Notes: generated from the sequence alone by a model not told the origin. Positions 1 to 13,894 are shown, counted from the first letter of the stretch. The stretch: DNA of 64,000 bases from Piromyces finnis finn (GCA_002104945.1 MCFH01000007.1:1116001-1180000); one strand, 5' to 3'. Program-made: numbers and translations.

Positions 1-856
1 GAAATTAAATTTAAAATAATATAATTATAATTCATTAAATTATTAACAAAAAAAGTTGAAAATTATGTTTAAATAAACAAAGAAGAAATAAAAATAAATC
101 AATAATTATAGCTATTAATTAACATATGTATTTATGAAAGAAGAAGAAAAAATGTAACCATAAAGAGATAAAAATAATTATTATGATGAAAACATTTTTT
201 CAAAATAATTAAAAAAAAGTGCATTACTGATATTTATACAAAATAAAATATAATCTATACATTCTATATATTATTTACAGTTTTTTTTTTTTCATTTAGA
301 TTCATTAAATATTTCTTTTTTTTATATATATTAAAATATTTGATATATGAAGTTTTTTTTATCTTAATGAAAATAATAAAAAAAAAATTTTTTTTTTTAC
401 TATAAAAATTTTTATATGCAAAAATTTTCTTTATAAATAAATATCTATTTTAAATTAAAGATTAAATTAATGAATAATAATAACATTGATAATAAATTAA
501 AAAAATAATAATAAAAGTAATAAAAGTAAAATAAATAAATTAAAAGAAAGAAAGAAAGAAAAATAAAAAAAAAAAAGATAAAAAATAAAATAAATAACCA
601 TGATTTTTTTTTTATCTAAATGTATATAATACATAAATAGATAAATAGTAATATATATATTAATAAAAAAAAATAAAATTTATTGATATTAAATGAATTC
701 ATTGAAAATTTTATAATTGTTTTTTCAATAATGTCATTATTAAAAAGAATTGATTTATTCTTTATTTTAATAATAATCTATACTTTAATATACATTTTAT
801 TATGTTCTATTCAAATAAATAAAAAAGAAGACATAAATACGAACAATAATATTAAT

Positions 857-3800
857 ATGGCTGCGAATCGTCAACAATTTGAATATATCGTAAATAAATA
901 TATTTATATTTGTGTTTATAATAATAATAGTAATAATAATAATAAGCAGTAATTAAAAAATAATACCTTTTTTTTGGATTATTAATAAAAAAGTATAAAA
1001 TTCAAACACAAGAACAATGGGAAGAAGAACTCAAAAAACCAACTATTGAAGGTAAAAAAAAAAAATAATAATAATAATAAAATAAAATAAAATAAAATAA
1101 GAAAAAAAACACTATAAATATTCACAATTAATATATATTAATTAATTCTAATTAAATAAATTTTTATTTTACAAATAATAATTTTTTTAACATCAGTGTT
1201 TGACGTTGTATGTTGGAAAATCATAAAATTATAGTATTTTATTATTTAAAGTATATATATATATATTGATTTTTATTAAATTTAATTAAAATTCTAGTAT
1301 TCTGGATGGGCTGGACCATGTAATGCAATTACTTCCACTTTTAAGAAATTAAAATTAGAACTAAATGATGATGTTACTTTTGCTCAAGTTAATATAATGT
1401 ATTTATTTTAATAATAAATAAAGTTTAATAATAATTAATTTTTTATTATTTTGATTTATATAAAGGTTAAAGCTGATGATATCGAGGATTTAAAAGATTA
1501 TCGTGATAATTCCTGTCCTTATTTTTTATTTTATAATGTAATTGATATAAATACAATGATAATATGACACTTTATATTAACTATGTTAATTAAAATAGAC
1601 ACAATTATTAATTTATATACAAACCACAAAAGCATGGTGTATTTGTTGATTTAGTTATAGGTGTTAATGCATCTTTAATTGAAAAAAAGATAAAACAACA
1701 AATAGAGAATGAAAAAAATAATGTTACCAGAGTGGTGGTATTACATAGCTTATTTATTATAATTGATTATAATAATAAATATAAATATATATTTGAATCG
1801 ATAAAGCAATACTATATTAAAAATATTATTTATTATTTCAAAAAAAAAAGTTTGTTCCTGAAAAGAAAGCTAAGCCAAAAACACCACTCAAGTCAAAGAA
1901 GGAAAAGAAAATCGAAAAAGAATATGTTATTGCTATATTAAAATCTGAAGTTTTAAGAAATGATATTATTGAAAAGATTATAGAAATATTTATGAAAAAT
2001 AGCTTTGCAATTGAAGAAAAAAAAGATGTTGAACTTTCATCTGATCAAGTTAGTTTACTTTATAGTGATTTAGCCGATGATAATCCATTAAAATCAAAGC
2101 ATATAGAATATATGTCAAGGTCTATATTAATATATACTAAATAGAAAAATGAGGATATAATAATTAATAAGTTTTTTTTTTTTTTAATTATCAATTTTTT
2201 ATTTATAAAGTAATCCATGTCTAGCATTTTTATTAGCGAGAGAGGATCCATTTACTTTATTAAATGAACTATCAGGACCAGAAAATCCTACAGTAGCAAA
2301 AGAAGAAAATCCAGAAAGGTTTAATAATTTTATATTTTACTTAATAATTAATTAACACTTCTATATAAAGACTAATTTTAAATTTTTAAAAAAATAATAA
2401 ATGAATAAAAAAGTATTCGTTCAGTTTATGGTGTTGATGGTAAGATATTGATATTAACATATATTAACATATATTAAAATTATTATTATTAACATTTACA
2501 TATTAATATATAAAGAAATTAAGAATGCTATATATGTATCCAAAAGTTCTTTATCTGTATTGAGAGACGCAGAAATATTATTTCCGGATAGAGTTGCTGA
2601 AATTAAAGAACAACAAGAAAAGCTTAAAGTCATTTCATCACGTATTCAACATACTCTTATTATTATTAAACCAGATGCATATAAAAATGACAAAAAAGAC
2701 GAAATATTTGATATCATTAAATCAAATGACTTTAATATAATTGCCGAAAAAGAGATTTTACTTACTAAGGATATGGCACAAGAATTTTATAGAGATCATA
2801 TATCAAAATCATTCTATGAAACATTAACATCTTACATGAGCAGGTATACATAAAAATGTTACAAAAATCTCATTTTTCTATATATATTTGTTAATGTTTA
2901 TATGTTTAATATAATTAAAATGTTGCTATAATAAATGAATAGTGGTCCAATTTATGCAGCTGTGATTGAAAAAGAAAATGCTATTAAGTCAATAAGAAGT
3001 TTGATTGGCCCAACTAATCCAGAAAAAGCAAAAGAAGTCGCACCAGATAGGTAATGATAATCAAATAAAATATCAATAAATAAAAATAAATAATTAATAA
3101 TTTATAAATTATTATAATTTATATTAGTATTCGCGCTTTATTCGGTATTGATGTATGTAAAAACGCTATTCATGCTTCTGATACAATTTCCAATGCTGAA
3201 AAAGAAATCAATATATTATTCCCAGAAATTGAAGAATTAAAGGATGATGTAAAGCCAATTATTGAACGTACTTTTGCATTAATTAAACCTGATGTTTATT
3301 CTGAAGACGGTAAAAAGAATGAAATAATATCTTTAATACAGGAAAAAGGTTATAAAATTATTGCTGAGCGTGAAGTTAAATTCGAACCTGATACCGCTAC
3401 TGAATTATATAAAGAACATCAAAATCAATCATACTTTGAAGACCTTGTTAATTACATGTCAAGGTAACAATAAGCTTGCACAAATAATGTATATATTGTG
3501 AAATATAAATAATTTTATTTAACAATTAAAATTATTTGATTTATTATAATAGTGGACCTTCTTATGCTATGGTATTAGAGAAATTGGAAGCTATTCAAGA
3601 TTTTGTATATTTAGTTGGTCCAAAAGATGTCCAAGAAGCCAAGACTTCCCAACCAGAAAGGTATAGTATTGTAGTAAAGATATATTATTATCATTACAAA
3701 AAATTAATATTTATTATAATTATTTTCATTAGTTTAAGAGCTAAATATGGAAGTGATATATTAAAGAATGGAATTCATTGTTCATCAAATGAAAAGAGTG

Positions 3801-6494
3801 CTATTAGAGAAATTAAACTTTTATTTAGTGATATTGACCCATTAGCCTTGCAATCAGAAGAAATTCAAAGAGTTTTGTTTTTAATTAAACCTGATGTTTA
3901 TGCTAATAACAGAATGGATGATATTAAAGATATGTTAATAGATAATGGATACAGTATATTAGCTGAAAAAGAATTAATTATGAATGAAGAAACTTCTAAA
4001 GTTATTTTCAAAAAGCATGAAGAAAAATCATTCTTTAAAGACTTAATTGAATGGGTATCAAAGTAAGTAAATAATAAAATAAATAGTTTAAGTAGTAATA
4101 ATAAAGTTAAACTACTAATATTTTTATTAATTTATTAAATTTAAAAGTAAACCAGTATATGCTATGGTAATTGAAAGATTAGATGGAATAAACAGATTAT
4201 TCAGAATTAAAGGTCCTACCAATCCAGTTAAAGCAAGAAATGATGTACCTGAAAGGTAAATTTGTATTAATTATAATATATTAAATTCCAAAAATTAAAT
4301 ATTAAAAACTATTTATTTATTTACTTATTTATATATAGTATTCGTGCTAAATATGGTACTGATGGTGTTAAGAATGCTGTTCATTCTTCAGATTCTATAG
4401 ATGTAGCAAAGGAAGAAATCAATTTATTATTCCCTGAATTACCCGAAGTTTTAAAGAGCGAAAAGACATTAGCCTTAATTAAACCAGACGCATATGGTAC
4501 AGGAAAGAAGGATGAAATTGTAAAAATGATTAAAGATAGTGGTTTCAATATTGTATCAGAAAAAGAATATAAAATGTCAATAGAAATTGCAAAAGAATTT
4601 TATGCAGAACATACAGGAAAACCATTCTTTGAAAGTTTAACAACTTGGATGAGTAGTGCACCAATTTATGCAATGAAGCTTGAGAAAGAAAATTGTGTTA
4701 AATCTTGGAGGGAATTAATGGGACCAACTAATTCTGAAAAAGCACGCGAAATTTCCCCACAAAGGTAAAGATCATATAACGTTTTAATTAAAAATATTAA
4801 TATAAAATACTTTGTTCTCATTATTCATGAGTTTGTTAATTTATATTAAAATTAATATTAAACTATAGTATTCGCGCATTATTTGGTACAGATGGATCTC
4901 GTAATGCAGTCCATGGTTCTGATTCATTCCGTAGTGCTAAACGTGAATTAGAAATTATTTTCCCAGAATTGTGTCAAAAAACTACCACATTAGCTTTAAT
5001 AAAACCAGATGCTTATGGTTCAGGAAAGAAGGATGAAATTGTTAAAATGATTAAAAATAAGGGATTTGATATTGTAGAAGAAAAGGAATATACTATGACT
5101 ATTGATATGGCTAAAGAATTTTATAAAGAACATTTAGGAAAATCGTTCTTTGAAAAATTAACTACATGGATGAGTAGTGCACCAATTTATGCAATGAAGC
5201 TTGATAGAGTTAATGCGATTAAATCATGGAGAGCTTTAATGGGACCAACAAATTCTAAAAAGGCTCGTGAGTTAGCTCCTGAAAGGTATTTAATTATAAA
5301 AAATTGATTTATTTTAATAAATAAATTTCATAAGAAATCTCATGATATTTCAAACTTTTATAATAAATGATAAATAGTATTCGTGCGTTATATGGTACTG
5401 ATGGATCTCAAAATGCTGTTCATGGTTCTGATTCAACTGCAAGTGCTATCCGCGAATTAAAATTAATATTCCCAGAAATAATTGTAGAAATACCAAAGCC
5501 AACACAAACATCAATTAAAGCACAAATTGTAAATGCTGAATCAGTACAATCTGAAGATATTATTGAAATTAAAGCAAAAGAAATTAATTCAAATAATACT
5601 GAAGCTCAAAAAATTACAACATTAGCGTTAATTAAACCTGATGCTTATGGTGCTGGAAAGAAAGACGATATCATAAAAATGATTAAAGATGATGGATTCA
5701 CAATCATTGCTGAAAAAGAATATTCAATGACATTAGATGTAGTAAAAGAATTCTATAAAGAGCATGAAGGAAAACCATTCTATGAAAGATTAATCACATG
5801 GATGAGTAGTGCACCAATTTATGCAATGAAATTAGAAAGAGAAAATGCAATTAAAGAATGGAGAACTTTAATGGGACCAACAAATTCTGAAAAAGCTCGT
5901 GAAGAAGCTCCTCAAAGGTAAACAAATATAATAAATAAATAAATAAATAATAATAGTAATAATAGTAATAATAATAATATTATTATTATTATTAAACAAT
6001 AATTTAAATATTCACTTTTATTACATATAAAAATGATTTTATTTTTATATCAATAAATAATTTATAAAGTATTCGTGCATTATATGGAACAGACGGTTCT
6101 CAAAACGCTGTTCATGGTTCTGATTCACCAGCAAGTGCCGAACGTGAATTAGGTATTATATTCCCAGAATTAGGACCAAAAATTGCAACATTAGCATTAA
6201 TTAAACCTGATGCTTATGGCGCTGGAAAGAAAGACGATATCATAAAAATGATTAAAGATGATGGATTCACAATTATTGCTGAAAAAGAATATTCAATGAC
6301 ATTAGATGTAGTAAAAGAATTCTATAAAGAGCATGAAGGAAAACCATTCTATGAAAGATTAATCACATGGATGAGTAGTGCACCAATTTATGCAATGAAA
6401 TTAGAAAGAGCAAATGCAATTAAAGAATGGAGAACTTTAATGGGACCAACAAATTCTGAAAAAGCTCGTGAAGAAGCTCCTCAAAGGTAAACAA

Positions 6495-6531
<37 letters not shown>

Positions 6532-9339
6532 CAATAATTTAATTATTCACTTTTATTACATATAAAAATGATTTTATTTTTATATCAATAAATAAATAAT
6601 TTATATAGTATTCGTGCATTATATGGAACAGACGGTTCTCAAAACGCTGTTCATGGTTCTGATTCACCAGCAAGTGCCGAACGTGAATTAGGTATTATAT
6701 TCCCAGAATTAGGACCAAAAATTGCAACATTAGCATTAATTAAACCTGATGCTTATGGTGCTGGAAATAATGGTGAAATTATAAAAATGATTAAAGATGA
6801 TGGATTTACGATTGTTGCTGAAAAAGAATATTCAATGACATTAGATGTTGCAAAAGAATTCTATAAAGAACATGAAGGAAAACCATTCTATGAAAAATTA
6901 ACCACATGGATGAGTAGTGCACCAATTTATGCAATGAAATTAGAGAAAGTAAATGCAATTAAATCATGGAGAACTTTAATGGGACCAACAAATTCTGAAA
7001 AAGCTCGTGAAGAAGCTCCTCAAAGGTATACGAATATAATAATAATAAATAATAATAATAATAAATAATAAATAATAAGTAATAATAATATTAATAAACA
7101 ATAATTTAATTATTCATTTTTATTACATATAAAAATGATTATATTTTTATATCAATAAATAAATAATTTATATAGTATTCGTGCATTATATGGAACAGAC
7201 GGTTCTCAAAACGCTGTTCACGGTTCTGATTCACCAGCAAGTGCCGAACGTGAATTAGGTATTATATTCCCAGAATTAAGTCAAAAAACTTCAACATTAG
7301 CATTAATTAAACCTGATGCTTATGGAGCTGGAAAGAAAGATGAAATTATTGAAATGATCAAGGATAATGGATTCACAATTATTGCTGAAAAAGAATATTC
7401 AATGACATTAGATGTTGCAAAAGAATTTTATGCAGAACATGAAGGAAAACCATTCTATGAAAGATTAACCACATGGATGAGTAGTGCACCAATTTATGCA
7501 ATGAAATTAGCAAAAGTAGATGCAATTAAAGCATGGAGAACTTTAATGGGACCAACAAATTCTGAAAAGGCTCGTGTTGAATCACCACTAAGGTAATAAA
7601 TATAAGATGTTTTTAATATAATGATAATGATATATTATTACTATAAAGATATTATAAAGATTAAAATAAATTTTTTAAATTTAAATTCATATAATTAATA
7701 TTATAATTTTTTTTTTTATTTATATAAAATTAAATATAGTATTCGTGCATTATATGGTACTGATGGATCTCAAAATGCTGTCCATGGTTCTGATTCAATT
7801 GCAAATGCAAAACGTGAATTAGAAATTATATTCCCAGAATTAAAAAAAGGAAATACAACATTAGCATTAATTAAACCTGATGCTTATGGTGCTGGAAATA
7901 ATGGTGAAATTGTAAAAATGATTAAAGATAATGGATTCAAAATTGTCGCTGAAAAAGAATATTCAATGACATTAGATGTTGCAAAAGAATTCTATAAAGA
8001 ACATGAAGGAAAACCATTCTATGAAAGATTAACCACATGGATGAGTAGTGCACCAATTTATGCAATGAAATTAGAGAAAGAAGATGCAATTAAATCATGG
8101 AGAACTTTAATGGGACCAACAAATTCTGAAAAAGCTCGTGAAGAAGCTCCTCAAAGGTATACGAATATAATAATAATAAATAATAATAATAATAAATAAT
8201 AAATAATAAATAATAATAAATAATAATAATAATAATAATAATAATATTAATATTAATAAACAATAATTTAATTATTCATTTTTATTACATATAAAAATGA
8301 TTATATTTTTATATCAATAAATAAATAATTTATATAGTATTCGTGCATTATATGGAACAGATGGTTCTCAAAATGCTGTTCATGGTTCTGATTCACCAGC
8401 AAGTGCCGAACGTGAATTAGGTATTATATTCCCAGAATTAAGTCAAAAAACTTCAACATTAGCATTAATTAAACCTGATGCTTATGGAGCTGGAAAGAAA
8501 GATGAAATTATTGAAATGATCAAGGATAATGGATTCACAATTATTGCTGAAAAAGAATATTCAATGACATTAGATGTTGCAAAAGAATTTTATGCAGAAC
8601 ATGAAGGAAAACCATTCTATGAAAGATTAACCACATGGATGAGTAGTGCACCAATTTATGCAATGAAATTAGAGAAAGAAGATGCAATTAAATCATGGAG
8701 AACTTTAATGGGACCTACAAATTCTGAAAAGGCTCGTGTTGAATCACCACTAAGGTAATAAATATAAGATGTTTTTAATATAATGATAATGATATATTAT
8801 TACTATAAAGATATTATAAAGATTAAAATAAATTTTTTAAATTTAAATTCATATAATTAATATTATAATTTTTTTTATTTATATAAAATTAAATATAGTA
8901 TTCGTGCATTATATGGTACTGATGGATCTCAAAATGCTGTCCATGGTTCTGATTCAATTGCAAATGCAAAACGTGAATTAGAAATTATATTCCCAGAATT
9001 AAAAAAAGGAAATACAACATTAGCATTAATTAAACCTGATGCTTATGGTGCTGGAAATAATGGTGAAATTGTAAAAATGATTAAAGATAATGGATTCAAA
9101 ATTGTCGCTGAAAAAGAATATTCAATGACATTAGATGTTGCAAAAGAATTCTATAAAGAACATGAAGGAAAACCATTCTATGAAAGATTAACCACATGGA
9201 TGAGTAGTGCACCAATTTATGCAATGAAATTAGAGAAAGAAGATGCAATTAAATCATGGAGAACTTTAATGGGACCAACAAATTCTGAAAAAGCTCGTGA
9301 AGAAGCTCCTCAAAGGTATACGAATATAATAAATAAATA

Positions 9340-9384
<45 letters not shown>

Positions 9385-10519
9385 TAATAATAAATAATAA
9401 TAATAATAATAATAATATTAATATTAATATTAATAAACAATAATTTAATTATTCATTTTTATTACATATAAAAATGATTATATTTTTATATCAATAAATA
9501 AATAATTTATATAGTATTCGTGCATTATATGGAACAGACGGTTCTCAAAACGCTGTTCATGGTTCTGATTCACCAGCAAGTGCCGAACGTGAATTAGGTA
9601 TTATATTCCCAGAATTAAGTCAAAAAACTTCAACATTAGCATTAATTAAACCTGATGCTTATGGAGCTGGAAAGAAAGATGAAATTATTGAAATGATCAA
9701 GGATAATGGATTCACAATTATTGCTGAAAAAGAATATTCAATGACATTAGATGTTGCAAAAGAATTTTATGCAGAACATGAAGGAAAACCATTCTATGAA
9801 AGATTAACCACATGGATGAGTAGTGCACCAATTTATGCAATGAAATTAGCAAAAGTAGATGCAATTAAAGCATGGAGAACTTTAATGGGACCAACAAATT
9901 CTGAAAAGGCTCGTGTTGAATCACCACTAAGGTAATAAATATAAGATGTTTTTAATATAATGATAATGATATATTATTACTATAAAGATATTATAAAGAT
10001 TAAAATAAATTTTTTAAATTTAAATTCATATAATTAATATTATAATTTTTTTTTTTATTTATATAAAATTAAATATAGTATTCGTGCATTATATGGTACT
10101 GATGGATCTCAAAATGCTGTCCATGGTTCTGATTCAATTGCAAATGCAAAACGTGAATTAGAAATTATATTCCCAGAATTAAAAAAAGGAAATACAACAT
10201 TAGCATTAATTAAACCTGATGCTTATGGTGCTGGAAATAATGGTGAAATTGTAAAAATGATTAAAGATAATGGATTCAAAATTGTCGCTGAAAAAGAATA
10301 TTCAATGACATTAGATGTTGCAAAAGAATTCTATAAAGAACATGAAGGAAAACCATTCTATGAAAGATTAACCACATGGATGAGTAGTGCACCAATTTAT
10401 GCAATGAAATTAGAGAAAGAAGATGCAATTAAATCATGGAGAACTTTAATGGGACCAACAAATTCTGAAAAAGCTCGTGAAGAAGCTCCTCAAAGGTATA
10501 CGAATATAATAAATAAATA

Positions 10520-10574
<55 letters not shown>

Positions 10575-11664
10575 TTAATAAACAATAATTTAATTATTCA
10601 TTTTTATTACATATAAAAATGATTATATTTTTATATCAATAAATAAATAATTTATATAGTATTCGTGCATTATATGGAACAGACGGTTCTCAAAACGCTG
10701 TTCATGGTTCTGATTCACCAGCAAGTGCCGAACGTGAATTAGGTATTATATTCCCAGAATTAAGTCAAAAAACTTCAACATTAGCATTAATTAAACCTGA
10801 TGCTTATGGAGCTGGAAAGAAAGATGAAATTATTGAAATGATCAAGGATAATGGATTCACAATTATTGCTGAAAAAGAATATTCAATGACATTAGATGTT
10901 GCAAAAGAATTTTATGCAGAACATGAAGGAAAACCATTCTATGAAAGATTAACCACATGGATGAGTAGTGCACCAATTTATGCAATGAAATTAGCAAAAG
11001 TAGATGCAATTAAAGCATGGAGAACTTTAATGGGACCAACAAATTCTGAAAAGGCTCGTGTTGAATCACCACTAAGGTAATAAATATAAGATGTTTTTAA
11101 TATAATGATAATGATATATTATTACTATAAAGATATTATAAAGATTAAAATAAATTTTTTAAATTTAAATTCATATAATTAATATTATAATTTTTTTTTT
11201 TATTTATATAAAATTAAATATAGTATTCGTGCATTATATGGTACTGATGGATCTCAAAATGCTGTCCATGGTTCTGATTCAATTGCAAATGCAAAACGTG
11301 AATTAGAAATTATATTCCCAGAATTAAAAAAAGGAAATACAACATTAGCATTAATTAAACCTGATGCTTATGGTGCTGGAAATAATGGTGAAATTGTAAA
11401 AATGATTAAAGATAATGGATTCAAAATTGTCGCTGAAAAAGAATATTCAATGACATTAGATGTTGCAAAAGAATTCTATAAAGAACATGAAGGAAAACCA
11501 TTCTATGAAAGATTAACCACATGGATGAGTAGTGCACCAATTTATGCAATGAAATTAGAGAAAGAAGATGCAATTAAATCATGGAGAACTTTAATGGGAC
11601 CAACAAATTCTGAAAAAGCTCGTGAAGAAGCTCCTCAAAGGTATACGAATATAATAAATAAATA

Positions 11665-11719
<55 letters not shown>

Positions 11720-12823
11720 TTAATAAACAATAATTTAATTATTCATTTTTATTACATATAAAAATGATTATATTTTTATATCAATAAATAAATAATTTAT
11801 ATAGTATTCGTGCATTATATGGAACAGACGGTTCTCAAAACGCTGTTCATGGTTCTGATTCACCAGCAAGTGCCGAACGTGAATTAGGTATTATATTCCC
11901 AGAATTAAGTCAAAAAACTTCAACATTAGCATTAATTAAACCTGATGCTTATGGAGCTGGAAAGAAAGATGAAATTATTGAAATGATCAAGGATAATGGA
12001 TTCACAATTATTGCTGAAAAAGAATATTCAATGACATTAGATGTTGCAAAAGAATTTTATGCAGAACATGAAGGAAAACCATTCTATGAAAGATTAACCA
12101 CATGGATGAGTAGTGCACCAATTTATGCAATGAAATTAGCAAAAGTAGATGCAATTAAAGCATGGAGAACTTTAATGGGACCAACAAATTCTGAAAAGGC
12201 TCGTGTTGAATCACCACTAAGGTAATAAATATAAGATGTTTTTAATATAATGATAATGATATATTATTACTATAAAGATATTATAAAGATTAAAATAAAT
12301 TTTTTAAATTTAAATTCATATAATTAATATTATAATTTTTTTTTTTATTTATATAAAATTAAATATAGTATTCGTGCATTATATGGTACTGATGGATCTC
12401 AAAATGCTGTCCATGGTTCTGATTCAATTGCAAATGCAAAACGTGAATTAGAAATTATATTCCCAGAATTAAAAAAAGGAAATACAACATTAGCATTAAT
12501 TAAACCTGATGCTTATGGTGCTGGAAATAATGGTGAAATTGTAAAAATGATTAAAGATAATGGATTCAAAATTGTCGCTGAAAAAGAATATTCAATGACA
12601 TTAGATGTTGCAAAAGAATTCTATAAAGAACATGAAGGAAAACCATTCTATGAAAGATTAACCACATGGATGAGTAGTGCACCAATTTATGCAATGAAAT
12701 TAGAGAAAGAAGATGCAATTAAATCATGGAGAACTTTAATGGGACCAACAAATTCTGAAAAAGCTCGTGAAGAAGCTCCTCAAAGGTATACGAATATAAT
12801 AAATAAATAAATAATAACAATAA

Positions 12824-12862
<39 letters not shown>

Positions 12863-13628
12863 ATATTAATATTAATAAACAATAATTTAATTATTCATTT
12901 TTATTACATATAAAAATGATTATATTTTTATATCAATAAATAAATAATTTATATAGTATTCGTGCATTATATGGAACAGATGGTTCTCAAAATGCTGTTC
13001 ATGGTTCTGATTCACCAGCAAGTGCCGAACGTGAATTAGGTATTATATTCCCAGAATTAAGTCAAAAAACTTCAACATTAGCATTAATTAAACCTGATGC
13101 TTATGGAGCTGGAAAGAAAGATGAAATTATTGAAATGATCAAGGATAATGGATTCACAATTATTGCTGAAAAAGAATATTCAATGACATTAGATGTTGCA
13201 AAAGAATTTTATGCAGAACATGAAGGAAAACCATTCTATGAAAAATTAACCACATGGATGAGTAGTGCACCAATTTATGCAATGAAATTAGCAAAAATAG
13301 ATGCAATTAAAGCATGGAGAACTTTAATGGGACCAACAAATTCTGAAAAGGCTCGTGTTGAATCACCACTAAGGTAATAAATATAAGATGTTTTTAATAT
13401 AATGATAATGATATATTATTACTATAAAGATATTATAAAGATTAAAATAAATTTTTTAAATTTAAATTCATATAATTAATATTATATTTTTTTTTTTATT
13501 TATATAAAATTAAATATAGTATTCGTGCATTATATGGTACTGATGGATCTCAAAATGCTGTCCATGGTTCTGATTCAATTGCAAATGCAAAACGTGAATT
13601 AGAAATTATATTCCCAGAATTAAAATAA
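857..13628 (+). CDS. Thioredoxin-like domain + ~20 tandem nucleoside-diphosphate-kinase domains (NME8/NME9/TXNDC3-type flagellar Trx-NDK protein), multi-exon, roughly 3000 aa
   Basis: Manual splicing from ATG 857 (MAANRQQFE...) gives a Trx fold (VFDV|YSGWAGPCNAITSTFKKLK...DNSCPYFLF...GVNASLIEKKI). It is followed by repeated NDK domains (TLALIKPDAY...FYxEHxGKPFY...MSSAPIYAM...WRTLMGPTNS...SIRALYGTDGSQNAVHGSD...RELxIIFPE). All introns are GT-AG and keep frame; stop TAA at 13626-13628. The Trx+NDK architecture is that of NME8/NME9 and sea-urchin dynein IC1 (established knowledge). The first short exons are less certain. Confidence 0.88.
6070..13628 (+). repeat. Intragenic tandem array of 417-nt exon + intron units; from 7176 a higher-order two-exon (A/B) unit of ~1145-1177 bp repeated about 5.5 times
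   Basis: Exons 6070-6486, 6609-7025, 7176-7592 and 7740-8156 are each 417 nt. ORF starts 7354, 8516, 9693, 10838, 11983 and 13135 give periods of 1162, 1177, 1145, 1145 and 1152. Introns are duplicated too and differ mainly in (AAT)n and poly-T length. Confidence 0.95.
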
Positions 13629-13786
13629 AATAAAATAACACTTCTTATTTATATTTTAATGAGTAAAAATGAATATATATTTATTTTATTTATTTAATTC
13701 ATATGTAAGATATTAAATAGTTTTTTAATTATTAATAAAAAAAAAAAAATAGCACATTATAAACATGCATGGTATAAATGTAAAAA

Positions 13787-13823
<37 letters not shown>

Positions 13824-13863
13824 TATGACAAAAAAAAAAAAAAAAGAAAAGAAAAAATAATAA

Positions 13864-13894
<31 letters not shown>

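Noticed and set aside
683-2251. Short ORFs 683..952, 1732..1941 and 2060..2251 as separate genes
   Set aside because: They are intron or UTR read-throughs or antisense frames overlapping the 5' exons of the Trx-NDK gene.
6070-13628. Regular repeat array as CRISPR or satellite DNA
   Set aside because: Units are spliced protein-coding exons plus introns, not repeat-spacer arrays; no cas genes.
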